Shown here one piece after another: positions 29,983-40,623 of a stretch of 42,119 nucleotides of DNA. The stretch is taken from the NCBI GenBank assembly GCA_002469525.1, contig DKME01000129.1:8217-50335 (forward strand), written 5' to 3'. Made by a program: the position numbers and the translations under genes. The stretch comes from Actinobacteria bacterium UBA7422. GTDB taxonomy: Bacteria; Actinomycetota; Actinomycetes; S36-B12. Position 1 is the first letter of the stretch; every line of letters begins with the position of its first letter. Below the pieces are notes generated by a model that was not told the origin of the DNA, ran no database searches, and was given only the letters and a program-made list of their open reading frames with translations.

Positions 29983-30210
29983 ATGGAGTTTGATCGCGCA
30001 GTAGATGCCAAGGGTCAGAGTTGCCCAATGCCGGTTCTTTTGACAGCCAAGGCTGCCAAGGAAATGACCTCGGGCGAGGTAATGTTCTTAGAAGCAACGG
30101 ATGCCGGTGCTCGCTCAGACATTCCAGCTTGGGCGGAGCAAACTGGCAACGAGCTTATTGAGTCTTCAGAAGAAGGCGACGTTCTATCGTTCTACATTAG
30201 AAAGAAGTAA
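29983..30210 (+). CDS. tusA: TusA/SirA-family sulfurtransferase
   Basis: 75 aa. VDAKGQSCPMPVLLTAKAAKEM contains the CPxP active-site motif; size and fold pattern are typical of the family. Confidence 0.85.
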   Translation: MEFDRAVDAKGQSCPMPVLLTAKAAKEMTSGEVMFLEATDAGARSDIPAWAEQTGNELIESSEEGDVLSFYIRKK

Positions 30211-30215
30211 CTTAC

Positions 30216-31757
30216 GTGCGCTACGGATTTGCAATTGACCAACGAACCTGTATTGGGTGTCACGCGTGTACGGTCGCTTGTAAGACCGAGCACGACGTAC
30301 CAGTCGGACAATTTCGCACCTGGGTGAAATACGTGGACAAAGGGGAGTACCCCACCACCACCCGTGAGATGGGCGTCATGCGGTGCAACCATTGCACCGA
30401 CGCTCCGTGCGTGAAGAGTTGCCCGACCCAGGCTTTGTTCATTCGCCCCGACGGGATCGTTGACTTTGACAACGAGAGTTGTATCGGTTGCAAAATGTGC
30501 ATGCAGGCATGTCCCTATGACGCAATTTATATCGATGAAAACACCCACACTGCCGCGAAGTGCAATTTTTGTGCGCACCGAATTGATCAAGGACTCGAGC
30601 CTGCCTGCGTTCAGGTGTGTCCCACTGAATCAATTTGGATGGGCGACATCGACGATCCCACGAGTGGGATCAGCAAATTTCTTTCGATCCAGCCGGTCAA
30701 CGTTCGCACACCCGAACAGGGCACCAAGCCCAATGTGTATTACGTCGGCGCTGACCACACGGTCCTAGATCCGTTGGCCGCCCCCGTGCAGGACACCTAC
30801 CTGTGGGCGGATGCTGATCCGCTCCGTTTGGAAACCGCAGCCGAACTGCCGGGGGATCCCCTCACCAATGCCCGCCTGACTTTAAACACCTCACACCCAC
30901 GGCCATGGGGCTGGCGGGTCTGGACTTACCTGTGGACGAAGTCGATTGCCGCTGGGGCATTGCTGCTCGGCGCACTTCTCGTGATTTTCACCGGAGACAC
31001 CAGCAACCTGGTGGCTACCATGGCACCGTTCACCACCGAAGCTTTCTTAGTTATTACTTCCGCTCTATTGATCTGGGACCTCAAGCGACCAGACCGGTTC
31101 TACTTCCTATTTGATCCGCGCAAGATCAACAAGACCTCGTGGCTCGCACTGGGTGGAATCTTCCTAGGACTTGGCGCCGGAATTGGTGGACTGTGGTTCC
31201 TCGCTGGCGCTGCCACTTGGCTTGAGATCGGTGACTTCTCCATGGCAATCACCTGGCTGGCTTGGCCGGCAGTTCCGGCAGCGATCATGGTCGCCGGTTA
31301 CACCGCATTTCTGTTTGGTCAAGCTGAAGGACGCGACCTGTGGCAGTCACCCGTTCTGTTCTGGCATCTGATTGCCCAAGCCGTCATGGTTGGCGCTGGG
31401 GCGCTCCTGCTCATTGGTTTTGTCGTCGCACCTGAGGACTCCACCATGATCTGGCTCACTTGGGCGCTTGTCGCTGGCGTTGCGGCTCACCTACTCATCA
31501 CGTTAATTGAGTTTGGTGGGAAGCACCCAACCCGCAATGCGCAAATTGCCGCCCATTCGATCACCCACGGTCGCTATGCACAGCAGTTCTGGTTCGGCTC
31601 GGTGTTGCTGTCATTTGTTGCCGCAGTACTTGCAGGTCTGACCCTGTTCACCGACTCACTCATATTCGTCGGAGTAGCTGCAGTGCTCGTTCAGGTCGCA
31701 CTCGTCTTCCACGAGAAAGTATTCGTCATGGCGGCCCAAGACCCACCACTGTCCTAA
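30216..31757 (+). CDS. Fusion of a four-cluster 4Fe-4S subunit with an NrfD/PsrC-type membrane anchor (complex iron-sulfur molybdoenzyme B-C fusion)
   Basis: 513 aa, GTG start. It has four Cys clusters (CIGCHACTVAC, CNHCTDAPCVKSCP, CIGCKMCMQACP, CNFCAHRIDQGLEPACVQVCP), followed from aa ~235 by about eight hydrophobic helices. There is no signal or Tat motif at the N-terminus. Confidence 0.8.
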   Translation: MRYGFAIDQRTCIGCHACTVACKTEHDVPVGQFRTWVKYVDKGEYPTTTREMGVMRCNHCTDAPCVKSCPTQALFIRPDGIVDFDNESCIGCKMCMQACPYDAIYIDENTHTAAKCNFCAHRIDQGLEPACVQVCPTESIWMGDIDDPTSGISKFLSIQPVNVRTPEQGTKPNVYYVGADHTVLDPLAAPVQDTYLWADADPLRLETAAELPGDPLTNARLTLNTSHPRPWGWRVWTYLWTKSIAAGALLLGALLVIFTGDTSNLVATMAPFTTEAFLVITSALLIWDLKRPDRFYFLFDPRKINKTSWLALGGIFLGLGAGIGGLWFLAGAATWLEIGDFSMAITWLAWPAVPAAIMVAGYTAFLFGQAEGRDLWQSPVLFWHLIAQAVMVGAGALLLIGFVVAPEDSTMIWLTWALVAGVAAHLLITLIEFGGKHPTRNAQIAAHSITHGRYAQQFWFGSVLLSFVAAVLAGLTLFTDSLIFVGVAAVLVQVALVFHEKVFVMAAQDPPLS

Positions 31758-31773
31758 AGGAAAGAGCTAACGC

Positions 31774-34686
31774 ATGAAACCACGCGACAAAGACACAGTT
31801 GAATCACACGGACCAGCAGCATCCCCGGTGGGACCGGACGCACCCGAGCATTTCGGCTTGCGCGTAAGGGAAACCGTGTCGAACTACCCGCCGGTTGAAC
31901 AGTGGGATGACGTTGTCATGTATGACGCCAAAGCCCACCCGCGCAAGGTCGGCCGTCACTACATGCTGGTGCCCACAACATGTTTCAACTGTGAGAGTGC
32001 ATGCGGCCTGCTCGCTTATGTGGATAAAGAAACAAAGGAAGTTGTCAAGATTGAAGGCAACCCGGCCCATCCAGGTTCACGTGGCCGGAACTGCGCCAAA
32101 GGACCAGCCACGATCAACCAGACCAAGGACCCTGAGCGGATTTTGTACCCGCTTAAGCGCACTGGACCTCGAGGCGGCTCAGATTTTGAGCGCATCTCAT
32201 GGGATGAAGCACTGGACACAATTGCCGGTCGGATCCGTAAAGCGATCCAAGAGGACCGACGCAATGAAGTCATGTACCACGTTGGTCGTCACGGCGAGGA
32301 TGGGTTCATTGAGCGGGTGCTCCTCACCTGGGGGGTTGACGGAAACAACACACACACCAATATTTGTTCTGGTGGTGCACGCTTTGGCTACTCGGTCTGG
32401 GGTGGTTACGACCGTCCTTCGCCCGACCACGCCAACGCCAAAGTAATCCTTTTGCTGTCAAGTCACCTTGAAGCGGGTCACTACTTCAACCCGCACGCCC
32501 AGCGAATCATGGATGCCAAGGTGCGCGGCAACGCAAAGTTGGTCGTTGTTGATCCGCGACTCTCCAACACCGCCTCCCACGCCGATGAATGGTTGTCACC
32601 GTGGCCGGGCAGTGAAGCTGCACTTCTTCTCGCGATCGCCGCGTACATCCTTCGCACCGATCAGGTTGCGTGGGACTACATCAAGCGTTGGGTGAACTGG
32701 AAGGTGTACTTGGAGAACGTGCACCCAGAGCTCGACAAGGAAGACTTTGAAGCTTTTAAGACTGCGCTGACCGCTGACTACCAGCAGTACACCTTCGAGT
32801 TCGCAGCTGACGAATGCCGGATCCCGGCTGCTCAAATCGAAAAGACCGCAAAAATCGTTGCTAATGCGCAAGGAAAACTGGCAGCACACACCTGGCGCTC
32901 GGCAACCGCTGGAAACCTCGGTGGCTGGGCTGTTGCGCGCGCATTGTTCTTCTTGACAGTTCTCACCGGAAGCGTCGGTGAAAAGGGTGGCACCAGCCCC
33001 AATGGTTGGAACAAGTTGATTCCACACGGTCCTAACATGCCCGGCGGTCACGACTCGTGGAATGAACTCCTCTGGCCAAAAGAGTTCCCCATGTCCACCA
33101 ATGAACTTTCCATTCTTTTACCACACTTCCTCTTAGAGGGTCGCGGAAAAGTAGACACGTACTTCTCGCGGGTATACAACCCTGTCTGGACCAACCCCGA
33201 CGGCTTCAGTTGGATTGAAGCGCTCAGCGACGAAGACTTGGTGGGTTGCCACGTTGCTATGACACCCACGTGGAGTGAGACCGCAATTTACGCGGACTTT
33301 ATTTTGCCGTTCGGTCACAGCACCGAACGCCATGACACTCAGTCCTATGAACAATATGCCGGCAAGTGGCTGGGCTTCCGCCAGCCCGTCACCCGTGTCG
33401 CCCGGGAGAAAATGGGTGAAACTTTCACCGACTCTCGCGACTCAAACCCCGGTGAAGTGTGGGAGGAAACCGAGTTCTGGATCGAACTCTCCTGGCGCAT
33501 TGACCCCGACGGTGAGTTGGGAATTCGCAAGTACTTCGAGTCCATGAAAAACCCGGGCACCAAAATCGGCGTGGACGAGTACTACGGGTATATCTTCGAC
33601 AACAACGTTCCTGGACTCCCGGAAAAGGCCTCGAAGCTTGGGCTGACTCCACTTGAATACATGCGCAAGTATGGCGCGGTTGAAGTCGTTGCTGACCTTT
33701 ACCGGCAAGATGAACGAGCGCTGACCCCGGCAGAGCGCGAGGGGGCTGTGCCCGATGAAAACGGTGTACTGCGCAAACCAATCACCATGGAAACCCAGAA
33801 GCCACTTGTCGGAGAGCCTGGCGCTGTTGGGGTAATCCTCGACGACGGCTCCGAGGTCGCCGGTTGGCTAACCCCTTCACGCAAGTTGGAGTTGTACTCA
33901 CCCTCCATGGCCGACTTCGGTTGGGGCGATCTGGCAACACCGTGTTACATCCAGTCACATGTTTCCCACAAGAACATCGACGAATCAAATAACGAAATGG
34001 TGCTGGTACCAACTTTCCGGCTACCCACTTTGATTCATACGCGTTCGGGTAACGCGAAGTACCTCAATGAGATCAGTAACAAGCACCCAATGTGGATGAA
34101 CACGAAAGATGCTGATCGCATGGGCCTTGTGACCGGTGACATGGTTCGCGTCAATACTGAAATTGGTCACTTTGTTGCCCGCATCTGGTCAACCGAAGCT
34201 GTTCGTCCGGGTGTCACCGCACTTTCACACCACATGGGTCGCTGGCGCACCAATGACGACGCGGGTTCACGTTGGGTAACCGGCAAAGTTGACGTTGGCA
34301 AGATGGAAGACGGTCGCTGGCGTTTGCGTTACAAGGAGGGTGTTAAGCCTTTCGTCTCCGACGACCCCGATTCAATGCGAATCAATTGGGAGGATCCGGG
34401 TGTGCACCAAAACCTCGCGTTCCCGGTTCATCCGGACACCCAGTCCGGTATGCACTGCTGGCACCAGAAAGTGCGGATTGAACGCGCCCACGAGGAAGAC
34501 AAGTACGGCGACGTCGTTGTTGACACCAAGAAATCGCGCGAGGTCTACCTCGACTGGATGTCAAAGACAAAGTCTGGGCCAAATAAGGACGGCCTGCGCA
34601 GGCCAGAATTCATGATGCGCCCAGTGATGCCAATGCGTAAGGCTTACTTCGTTGATCCACCAGAGTCAGGTTCACCGCAGGAGTAA
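31774..34686 (+). CDS. Molybdopterin (DMSO reductase family) oxidoreductase catalytic subunit, no Tat signal
   Basis: 970 aa. The N-terminal FeS-0 motif is CFNCESACGLLAYV...NCAKG. Molybdopterin-binding regions run throughout. The N-terminus MKPRDKDTVESHGPAASPVG has no twin-arginine motif. Confidence 0.85.
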   Translation: MKPRDKDTVESHGPAASPVGPDAPEHFGLRVRETVSNYPPVEQWDDVVMYDAKAHPRKVGRHYMLVPTTCFNCESACGLLAYVDKETKEVVKIEGNPAHPGSRGRNCAKGPATINQTKDPERILYPLKRTGPRGGSDFERISWDEALDTIAGRIRKAIQEDRRNEVMYHVGRHGEDGFIERVLLTWGVDGNNTHTNICSGGARFGYSVWGGYDRPSPDHANAKVILLLSSHLEAGHYFNPHAQRIMDAKVRGNAKLVVVDPRLSNTASHADEWLSPWPGSEAALLLAIAAYILRTDQVAWDYIKRWVNWKVYLENVHPELDKEDFEAFKTALTADYQQYTFEFAADECRIPAAQIEKTAKIVANAQGKLAAHTWRSATAGNLGGWAVARALFFLTVLTGSVGEKGGTSPNGWNKLIPHGPNMPGGHDSWNELLWPKEFPMSTNELSILLPHFLLEGRGKVDTYFSRVYNPVWTNPDGFSWIEALSDEDLVGCHVAMTPTWSETAIYADFILPFGHSTERHDTQSYEQYAGKWLGFRQPVTRVAREKMGETFTDSRDSNPGEVWEETEFWIELSWRIDPDGELGIRKYFESMKNPGTKIGVDEYYGYIFDNNVPGLPEKASKLGLTPLEYMRKYGAVEVVADLYRQDERALTPAEREGAVPDENGVLRKPITMETQKPLVGEPGAVGVILDDGSEVAGWLTPSRKLELYSPSMADFGWGDLATPCYIQSHVSHKNIDESNNEMVLVPTFRLPTLIHTRSGNAKYLNEISNKHPMWMNTKDADRMGLVTGDMVRVNTEIGHFVARIWSTEAVRPGVTALSHHMGRWRTNDDAGSRWVTGKVDVGKMEDGRWRLRYKEGVKPFVSDDPDSMRINWEDPGVHQNLAFPVHPDTQSGMHCWHQKVRIERAHEEDKYGDVVVDTKKSREVYLDWMSKTKSGPNKDGLRRPEFMMRPVMPMRKAYFVDPPESGSPQE

Positions 34687-34695
34687 CCTGCATCC

Positions 34696-35346
34696 ATGGC
34701 TTTTTGTGGGATTCCAGAATCAGCGCTGAAGTTTTACCACGACTTGGCGGCCAATAACACCAAGTCGTGGTGGGAACTCAATCGCGGGATCTACGACAGC
34801 AGTGTTAGAGCGCCGATCACAGAGTTGATGTCCGAGCTTGAAGCCGAGTTTGGATCTTTCAAAGTCTTTCGCCCCTATCGTGACGTGCGTTTCGGGAAAG
34901 ACAAAACCCCGATCAAGGACCACCAAGGAGCGGTTATCCAGGTCGAAGACGCGGTTGCCTATTACTTCCAGGTGAATTCTGAAGGGATCATGGTGGCCGG
35001 TGGTTGGTATTCGCCACTTGGTCCGCAACTGAATCGTTTCCGCGCAGCTGTTGACGGCCCGTTGGCGCCCGAGCTTCGTCAGATCATGAAGTCGGTTGCC
35101 AAGAGTTTTGAACTCGACGGGCGCCCCATGAAGACAAAGCCGCGAGGGATAGACGCGGACAATCCCAATCTTGATCTTTTGCGCTTCAAAGCAGTCACCG
35201 CCTCGCGCCACTACGACGACCCGGCGGTATTTGGCGTCGCTTCATTTGGCAAAAAAGTGCGCAAGGATTTCAAGGCTCTGACACCAATGATCGAGTGGTT
35301 GGCGGACGTAGTTGGTCCGGCAGAGGATCCTAGCGCCGAGATGTAA
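34696..35346 (+). CDS. DUF2461 (TIGR02453-type) family protein
   Basis: 216 aa. Family pattern: FYHDLAANNTKSWWELNRGIYDSSVRAP ... FRPYRDVRFGKDKTPIKDH. Confidence 0.8.
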   Translation: MAFCGIPESALKFYHDLAANNTKSWWELNRGIYDSSVRAPITELMSELEAEFGSFKVFRPYRDVRFGKDKTPIKDHQGAVIQVEDAVAYYFQVNSEGIMVAGGWYSPLGPQLNRFRAAVDGPLAPELRQIMKSVAKSFELDGRPMKTKPRGIDADNPNLDLLRFKAVTASRHYDDPAVFGVASFGKKVRKDFKALTPMIEWLADVVGPAEDPSAEM

Positions 35347-35349
35347 CTG

Positions 35350-36876
35350 CTAGTGGGTGAGAAAGCGCGCGGTGACAAACTCCCTAGCGCCTTCAATGTC
35401 TGGGGCGAGGAAACGGTCGGGTCCTGGTCCTTCACAACTCTTTCGAAGTTGAGAAATTGACTCGGAAATAATTTCCGATGACTCAAGTGGTGCGCGCAGT
35501 TGAATTGCTCGGGCTGCAGTCATGATTTCAATTGCAATGATCGTGGTGAGGTTCGACACTGCCGAACGTAGTTTGCGGGCAGCGTGCCAACCCATTGAGA
35601 CGTGATCCTCTTGCATGGCTGAACTGGGAATTGAGTCCACACTTGCAGGCACTGCTAGACGCTTCATGTCACTGACAAGTCCAGCCTGGGTGTATTGGGC
35701 GATCATGAGTCCGGAGTCAACCCCGGGGTCGTGTGCAAGAAAGGGTGGAAGGCCGTGGTTGCGCGCCTTGTCCAGCATGCGGTCGGTTCGTCGCTCGCAG
35801 ATCGACCCAAGGTCTGCGGCTGCAATAGCCAAAAAGTCCAAGACGTAGGCGACGGGTGCTCCATGGAAGTTTCCGTTACTGGTGACTTCACCACTTGGCA
35901 GGATCACTGGGTTGTCGATACTTGCCGCAAGTTCATTGTTCGCAACACTTTTTGCGTGGGCAATAGTGTCGCGGACCGCACCGGTTACTTGCGGGGCGCA
36001 GCGAAGGCTGTACGCGTCCTGAACTCGGTCGTCATCTTGTTTGTGACTATTCACGATCGGGGAGTTCGCGAGGGTGGCGTAAATATTTGCAGCACTCACC
36101 GCCTGTCCGGCATGTGGTCGAAGCGGTGCGTGCAGTTCCGGGCGAAATACCGCATCGGTGCCCATGAGCCCTTCAATACTCATTGCCGTTGCCAGGTCGG
36201 CGGCATCACACAAACCCTCAAGGTCCGCAATTGCCATGATCAACATGCCCAACATTCCGTCGGTGCCATTAATCAGTGCGAGCCCTTCCTTTTCATGGAG
36301 TTCGACGGGCGTGATGCCCGCGTGGGCAAGAAGTGGGGCAACCTCGACGAGTTCCCCCAGTGCGTTGCGGGCTTGACCTTCGCCCATGGCGACGAGTGCG
36401 CAGTGTGCAAGGGGCGCAAGATCTCCACTGCAACCCAGTGATCCGAACTCGTAGACCACTGGAGTGATCTCGGCGTTAAGGATTGCGGCATATGTTTGTG
36501 CAATTTCTGGACGAACACCGGTATGACCCGAAGTGAGCGTTTTTAAGCGCAGGAACATGGTGGCTCGCACAACTTCCCGCTCGACCTCATTGCCGCTGCC
36601 TGCCGCGTGGCTGCGGATCAAAGACTTTTGAAGTTGCACGCGGTCTTCATGGGGAATGTGACGGTTCGCCAGGGCACCAAATCCCGTTGAGATTCCGTAG
36701 ACGGGGGTTTCCTGGTGCGCAAGCTGCTCCACGTATGCACGACTTGTTGCCATTGCAGCAAGCGCTTCTGAGCTGATGTCAATCTGGGCATTACCGCGGG
36801 CAACAGCGACTACTTCCTCGATACTCGGTGGGGTCGTTCCCAGTATCACGGCCTGAGAACTGTGTTTCTGAGTCAT
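35350..36876 (-). CDS. hutH: Histidine ammonia-lyase
   Basis: 508 aa. MIO-forming region is [14 protein letters not shown] (CSG = 36424-36432). Aromatic ammonia-lyase motifs occur throughout. ATGA overlap with hutI. Confidence 0.9.
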   Translation of the reverse strand: MTQKHSSQAVILGTTPPSIEEVVAVARGNAQIDISSEALAAMATSRAYVEQLAHQETPVYGISTGFGALANRHIPHEDRVQLQKSLIRSHAAGSGNEVEREVVRATMFLRLKTLTSGHTGVRPEIAQTYAAILNAEITPVVYEFGSLGCSGDLAPLAHCALVAMGEGQARNALGELVEVAPLLAHAGITPVELHEKEGLALINGTDGMLGMLIMAIADLEGLCDAADLATAMSIEGLMGTDAVFRPELHAPLRPHAGQAVSAANIYATLANSPIVNSHKQDDDRVQDAYSLRCAPQVTGAVRDTIAHAKSVANNELAASIDNPVILPSGEVTSNGNFHGAPVAYVLDFLAIAAADLGSICERRTDRMLDKARNHGLPPFLAHDPGVDSGLMIAQYTQAGLVSDMKRLAVPASVDSIPSSAMQEDHVSMGWHAARKLRSAVSNLTTIIAIEIMTAARAIQLRAPLESSEIISESISQLRKSCEGPGPDRFLAPDIEGAREFVTARFLTH

Positions 36877-38057
36877 GTGGTGAGCGCCTTTCCAGCTTTG
36901 TAGGTGTGGGCTATTTGCGGCACACCGGGTCGATACGCGAGGAAATCAATTGAAGGCGCAGTGAGGATCACAAAGTCAGCGCTCATACCCACCGCGATTG
37001 CCCCAATATCGGTTCGGGCGAGTGCTTTGGCACCGCCAAGGGTCGCGGCGAGCACAGCTTGGTCAACGGTGAAGTGCATTTCACGAACGGCGAGGGCAAT
37101 AACGAGCTGCATTGAGGTGGTGAAGGAGCTCCCTGGATTGCAGTCGGTGGCAAGTGCCAATTCAACTCCGGCGTCAATGAATCTTCTGGCGTCGGGGTAG
37201 GGCGAGCGGGTTGAAAACTCAACACCGGGAAGCAGGGTTGCCACAATTCCAGCTTCAGCCAGGAGTGCCAATTCAGAGTCGGAGGTGTAGGTCAGGTGGT
37301 CGACAGAAACAGCACCAAGTTCACACGCAACCTCAATACCGCCAATCGACTCAATCTGGTTCGCGTGCAGTTTCACCAGTAGGCCTGCATCCATGCCCGC
37401 ATGTAAAATCTTACGTGCCTGTTCAGGAGTAAATGCACCTCTGTCACAGAATACGTCTATCCAACGGGCGTAGGGAAGTGCAGCCTTAAGCATTTCCCCG
37501 CATACCAAATCTACGTAGGCGTCAGTGTTGCCAGAAAATTCAGTAGGAACGACGTGTGCGCCCAGGAAAGTTGTCTCAGGTGTGAACTCTCGTGCGATGC
37601 GAAGGCTGCGCACTTCGCTCTCAACGTCAAGCCCGTAACCGGACTTGATCTCGAAGGTTGTTATTCCTGCGCCATGGAACTCGTCAACGAGTGCTGCACA
37701 ATTGTTTCGTAACTCTGCATCAGTTGCGGCTCTTGTTGCGGCAACGGTTGAACGAATCCCTCCGGCGGCGTAAGACTCACCGGCCATACGCGCAGCAAAC
37801 TCCGCCGAACGCTGGCCGGCAAAAATCAGGTGCGAGTGCGAGTCAACAAAACCGGGAAGTATTGCCGCACCAGTTGCATCGATAATATTCTCGCAATTTT
37901 TTGGCGACTGCGATTCTGGACCGACCCACGTAATTACGCTATTTTCATAAGCGAACGCAAAATTCGCATTGCGATAAGGCCCCGAGCCGCTATTGGTGAC
38001 TAGCTCGCCAATATTGCGAACCAGGGTGCTCCCGGTCAACGACTCACCTTCTTTCAT
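36873..38057 (-). CDS. hutI: Imidazolonepropionase
   Basis: 394 aa. Amidohydrolase metal motif [12 protein letters not shown]; later KLHANQ and ATDCNPGSS. There are 4-nt overlaps with both hutU and hutH. Confidence 0.9.
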   Translation of the reverse strand: MKEGESLTGSTLVRNIGELVTNSGSGPYRNANFAFAYENSVITWVGPESQSPKNCENIIDATGAAILPGFVDSHSHLIFAGQRSAEFAARMAGESYAAGGIRSTVAATRAATDAELRNNCAALVDEFHGAGITTFEIKSGYGLDVESEVRSLRIAREFTPETTFLGAHVVPTEFSGNTDAYVDLVCGEMLKAALPYARWIDVFCDRGAFTPEQARKILHAGMDAGLLVKLHANQIESIGGIEVACELGAVSVDHLTYTSDSELALLAEAGIVATLLPGVEFSTRSPYPDARRFIDAGVELALATDCNPGSSFTTSMQLVIALAVREMHFTVDQAVLAATLGGAKALARTDIGAIAVGMSADFVILTAPSIDFLAYRPGVPQIAHTYKAGKALTT

Positions 38058-39742
38058 ATTGATTCGGTCATGGGGATTCGGACATCACGCTCGTGGGCAA
38101 CGTCGCAAGCAATGTCGTAACCAGCATCGACGTGACGGATTACACCCATGCCTGGATCGTTGGTCAACACACGACGGATCTTTTCACCCGCTAGTTCAGT
38201 GCCGTCCGCGACGGTTACTTGACCCGCATGGATCGAACGACCAATTCCCACGCCACCACCGTGGTGGATTGAAACCCATGAAGCGCCGGAAGCGACGTTG
38301 ACCATTGCGTTGAGTAGGGGCCAGTCCGCGATTGCGTCAGAACCGTCGAGCATTGACTCGGTTTCGCGGTAAGGGGATGCCACACTGCCACAGTCAAGGT
38401 GGTCTCGACCGATCACGATCGGGGCGGAGAGTTCACCGCTTGCCACCATGTCGTTGAACTTTGCGCCGGCTTTGTCGCGCTCGCCGTAGCCCAACCAGCA
38501 GATGCGCGCGGGAAGTCCTTGGAATGCAACGCGGTCCTGGGCCATGGTGATCCAGCGCCGAAGATGGTCATTCTCTGGGAAAAGGTCAAGGATCGCTTGG
38601 TCAGTTGCGTAAATATCTTTTTCATCGCCTGAGAGTGCAACCCAGCGGAAGGGTCCCTTGCCTTCGCAGAAGAGTGGGCGAATATAGGCGGGGATGAATC
38701 CGGGGAATTCGAATGCCCGGGTGTAGCCGCCTTTACGGGCTTCGTCGCGGATCGAGTTGCCGTAGTCGAATACTTCGGCTCCATCGTCCATGAAGCCAAC
38801 CATTGCTTCAACGTGCTTTGCCATTGCGAGTTGGGCGCGCTCGGTGAATTCGTCTGGCTTCTTCTCCGCATATTCGTGCGCATCGCCGAGATCAATGTCT
38901 TCGGGGATATAGCTCAATGGGTCGTGCGCGGAGGTTTGGTCGGTGACAATGTCGATTGGTACCCCGCGGCGCAACAATTCGGGGAACAGGGTGGCGGCAT
39001 TGCCAACGAGACCCACGGAGAGTGCTTTGCGGTTCTTCTTGGCGTCGAGTACGAGTTTCAAAGCTTCTTCGATGTCCTTGGCAACCACGTCAAGGTAACG
39101 GTCAACGACTCTGCGGTGCAGGCGACTGGCGTCAATGTCGACGACTAGGCATACCCCCTCATTCATGGTTACCGCGAGAGGTTGTGCACCGCCCATGCCA
39201 CCGCAACCTGCGGTGAGGGTCAGTGTTCCGGCGAGCGTCCCACCGAACTTCTTCCGCGCAACTGCTGCAAAAGTTTCATAGGTCCCCTGCAAAATCCCTT
39301 GAGTACCAATGTAAATCCAAGACCCAGCTGTCATTTGGCCGTACATGGTGAGTCCCATGTGTTCCAACCGACGGAACTCGGGCCAAGTTGCCCAGTCACC
39401 CACCAAGTTCGAGTTCGCGATCAAGACGCGTGGTGCCCACTCATTGGTTTGCATGACACCAACGGGGCGACCGGACTGCACCAACATGGTTTCGTCATTT
39501 TTCAAAGTTTGCAGGGTGCGGATCATGGCGTCGTAACTGCGCCAGTCGCGAGCGGCCTTACCGGTGCCCCCGTAGACAACCAACTTCTCTGGGTATTCGG
39601 CTACCGCGGGGTCAAGGTTGTTCTGCAGCATGCGCATTGCGGCTTCCTGCCCCCAGCCTGGGGCGGTCCGAGTAGTTCCGCGCACCGCGTGAATTTCACG
39701 GGTTGGGTCATAGGTCGGGGTGATCAGGTTCTCGGTTGTCAT
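38054..39742 (-). CDS. hutU: Urocanate hydratase
   Basis: 562 aa from ATG 39742 ([13 protein letters not shown]). The ORF-track start at 39928 adds 62 Arg/Ser-rich residues not expected for HutU. Urocanase motifs include [20 protein letters not shown] and HHGGGVGIG. Confidence 0.9.
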   Translation of the reverse strand: MTTENLITPTYDPTREIHAVRGTTRTAPGWGQEAAMRMLQNNLDPAVAEYPEKLVVYGGTGKAARDWRSYDAMIRTLQTLKNDETMLVQSGRPVGVMQTNEWAPRVLIANSNLVGDWATWPEFRRLEHMGLTMYGQMTAGSWIYIGTQGILQGTYETFAAVARKKFGGTLAGTLTLTAGCGGMGGAQPLAVTMNEGVCLVVDIDASRLHRRVVDRYLDVVAKDIEEALKLVLDAKKNRKALSVGLVGNAATLFPELLRRGVPIDIVTDQTSAHDPLSYIPEDIDLGDAHEYAEKKPDEFTERAQLAMAKHVEAMVGFMDDGAEVFDYGNSIRDEARKGGYTRAFEFPGFIPAYIRPLFCEGKGPFRWVALSGDEKDIYATDQAILDLFPENDHLRRWITMAQDRVAFQGLPARICWLGYGERDKAGAKFNDMVASGELSAPIVIGRDHLDCGSVASPYRETESMLDGSDAIADWPLLNAMVNVASGASWVSIHHGGGVGIGRSIHAGQVTVADGTELAGEKIRRVLTNDPGMGVIRHVDAGYDIACDVAHERDVRIPMTESI

Positions 39743-39782
39743 GTGTGCAGTCTGCTCCTCTTGCAAGGGTTCAGGTGGCCCA

Positions 39783-40613
39783 ATGCTAATTGCAAGTCTC
39801 ACATGCCAGACTCTCCTCGTGTCCCAGGTCCCAGCCGCACATCGCACCTTGGAGGTGCTTCTCCTACTCGCTCGTAGCGCTGGGCCAATTCCTGCGGCAA
39901 CGATGGCTCGGGAACTTGAAATCCCCAAGTCCTCGCTCTATCACCTACTTGCCGCGATGCAGTCAAAAGGATTTGTCACCTCAATCACGGCGGTGCCCAA
40001 AGAGAATTCACTATGGGGTTTGGGGGTCAGCGCATTTGAAGTGGGCTCCGCCTATGTTCGGCACGAGCCGCTAGAGGCGCGTGCCCGCCCGGTACTTATT
40101 GCGCTGCTAAATAGAGTCGGTGGGCTAGCTCCGCTCGTGGGTCACTTGGGAATCCTGCGGGGGAGTGACACGTACTACCTGCTCAAGGAGAGTTCGGGTG
40201 GACCGATCACCGTAGTTTCAGAAATAGGGGTACGGCTCCCAGCTTCTTTGACGGCTTCTGGGCGGGCAATGTTGTCCTACATGTCGGCAGCACAAATCCG
40301 CGCACTTTTTCCCAATGTGGAAGCATTCGTGGATCGAACCGGCAAGGGTCCGCTAACTCCCAAACAACTAAAAGCATTGCTTGTCACCGAACGCAAGCAA
40401 GGTTTCTCCCGGGAACTGGGCATGGTTACCCGCGGGCATTCCTCTGTTGCATCGGCTGTATTTGACCACCTCGGTGAACCCATAGCCGCAATCAATCTGG
40501 TGTACCGAGACAGCACGGTTGAAGAGTCTAAGCAAGCAACATTGATCACTGCTGTGCAAGACTCCGCTCGCGAGCTCACGAAAAGACTCGGTGGTCGTCT
40601 CCCAACAGAGTGA
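39783..40613 (+). CDS. IclR family transcriptional regulator (likely hut regulator)
   Basis: ~276 aa from ATG 39783, with AGGTGG 4 nt upstream (alternative GTG at 39819). wHTH is [44 protein letters not shown], followed by an IclR effector domain. It is divergent from hutU. The start is uncertain. Confidence 0.7.
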   Translation: MLIASLTCQTLLVSQVPAAHRTLEVLLLLARSAGPIPAATMARELEIPKSSLYHLLAAMQSKGFVTSITAVPKENSLWGLGVSAFEVGSAYVRHEPLEARARPVLIALLNRVGGLAPLVGHLGILRGSDTYYLLKESSGGPITVVSEIGVRLPASLTASGRAMLSYMSAAQIRALFPNVEAFVDRTGKGPLTPKQLKALLVTERKQGFSRELGMVTRGHSSVASAVFDHLGEPIAAINLVYRDSTVEESKQATLITAVQDSARELTKRLGGRLPTE

Positions 40614-40623
40614 AGGGGTTTTT

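Noticed and set aside
35695-36441. Long antisense or alternative-frame ORFs inside confidently called genes. Examples: 35695-36441 (+, 248 aa) in hutH; 39182-39877 (+, 231 aa) in hutU; 5018-5551 (-) in lanT; 22505-23086 (-) in xylB; 23517-24071 (-) in the TauE-like gene; 31895-32446 (+) in the molybdoenzyme gene.
   Set aside because: They are typical GC-rich shadow ORFs with Arg/Pro/Ser/Gly-rich, motif-free translations. Each is fully overlapped by a gene with clear family motifs.
39743-39928. A 62-codon N-terminal extension of the hutU ORF given by the ORF track.
   Set aside because: The extension is Arg/Ser/Ala-rich with no HutU similarity. [13 protein letters not shown] at 39742 gives a normal-length urocanase. 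The extension would also overlap the divergent IclR gene.
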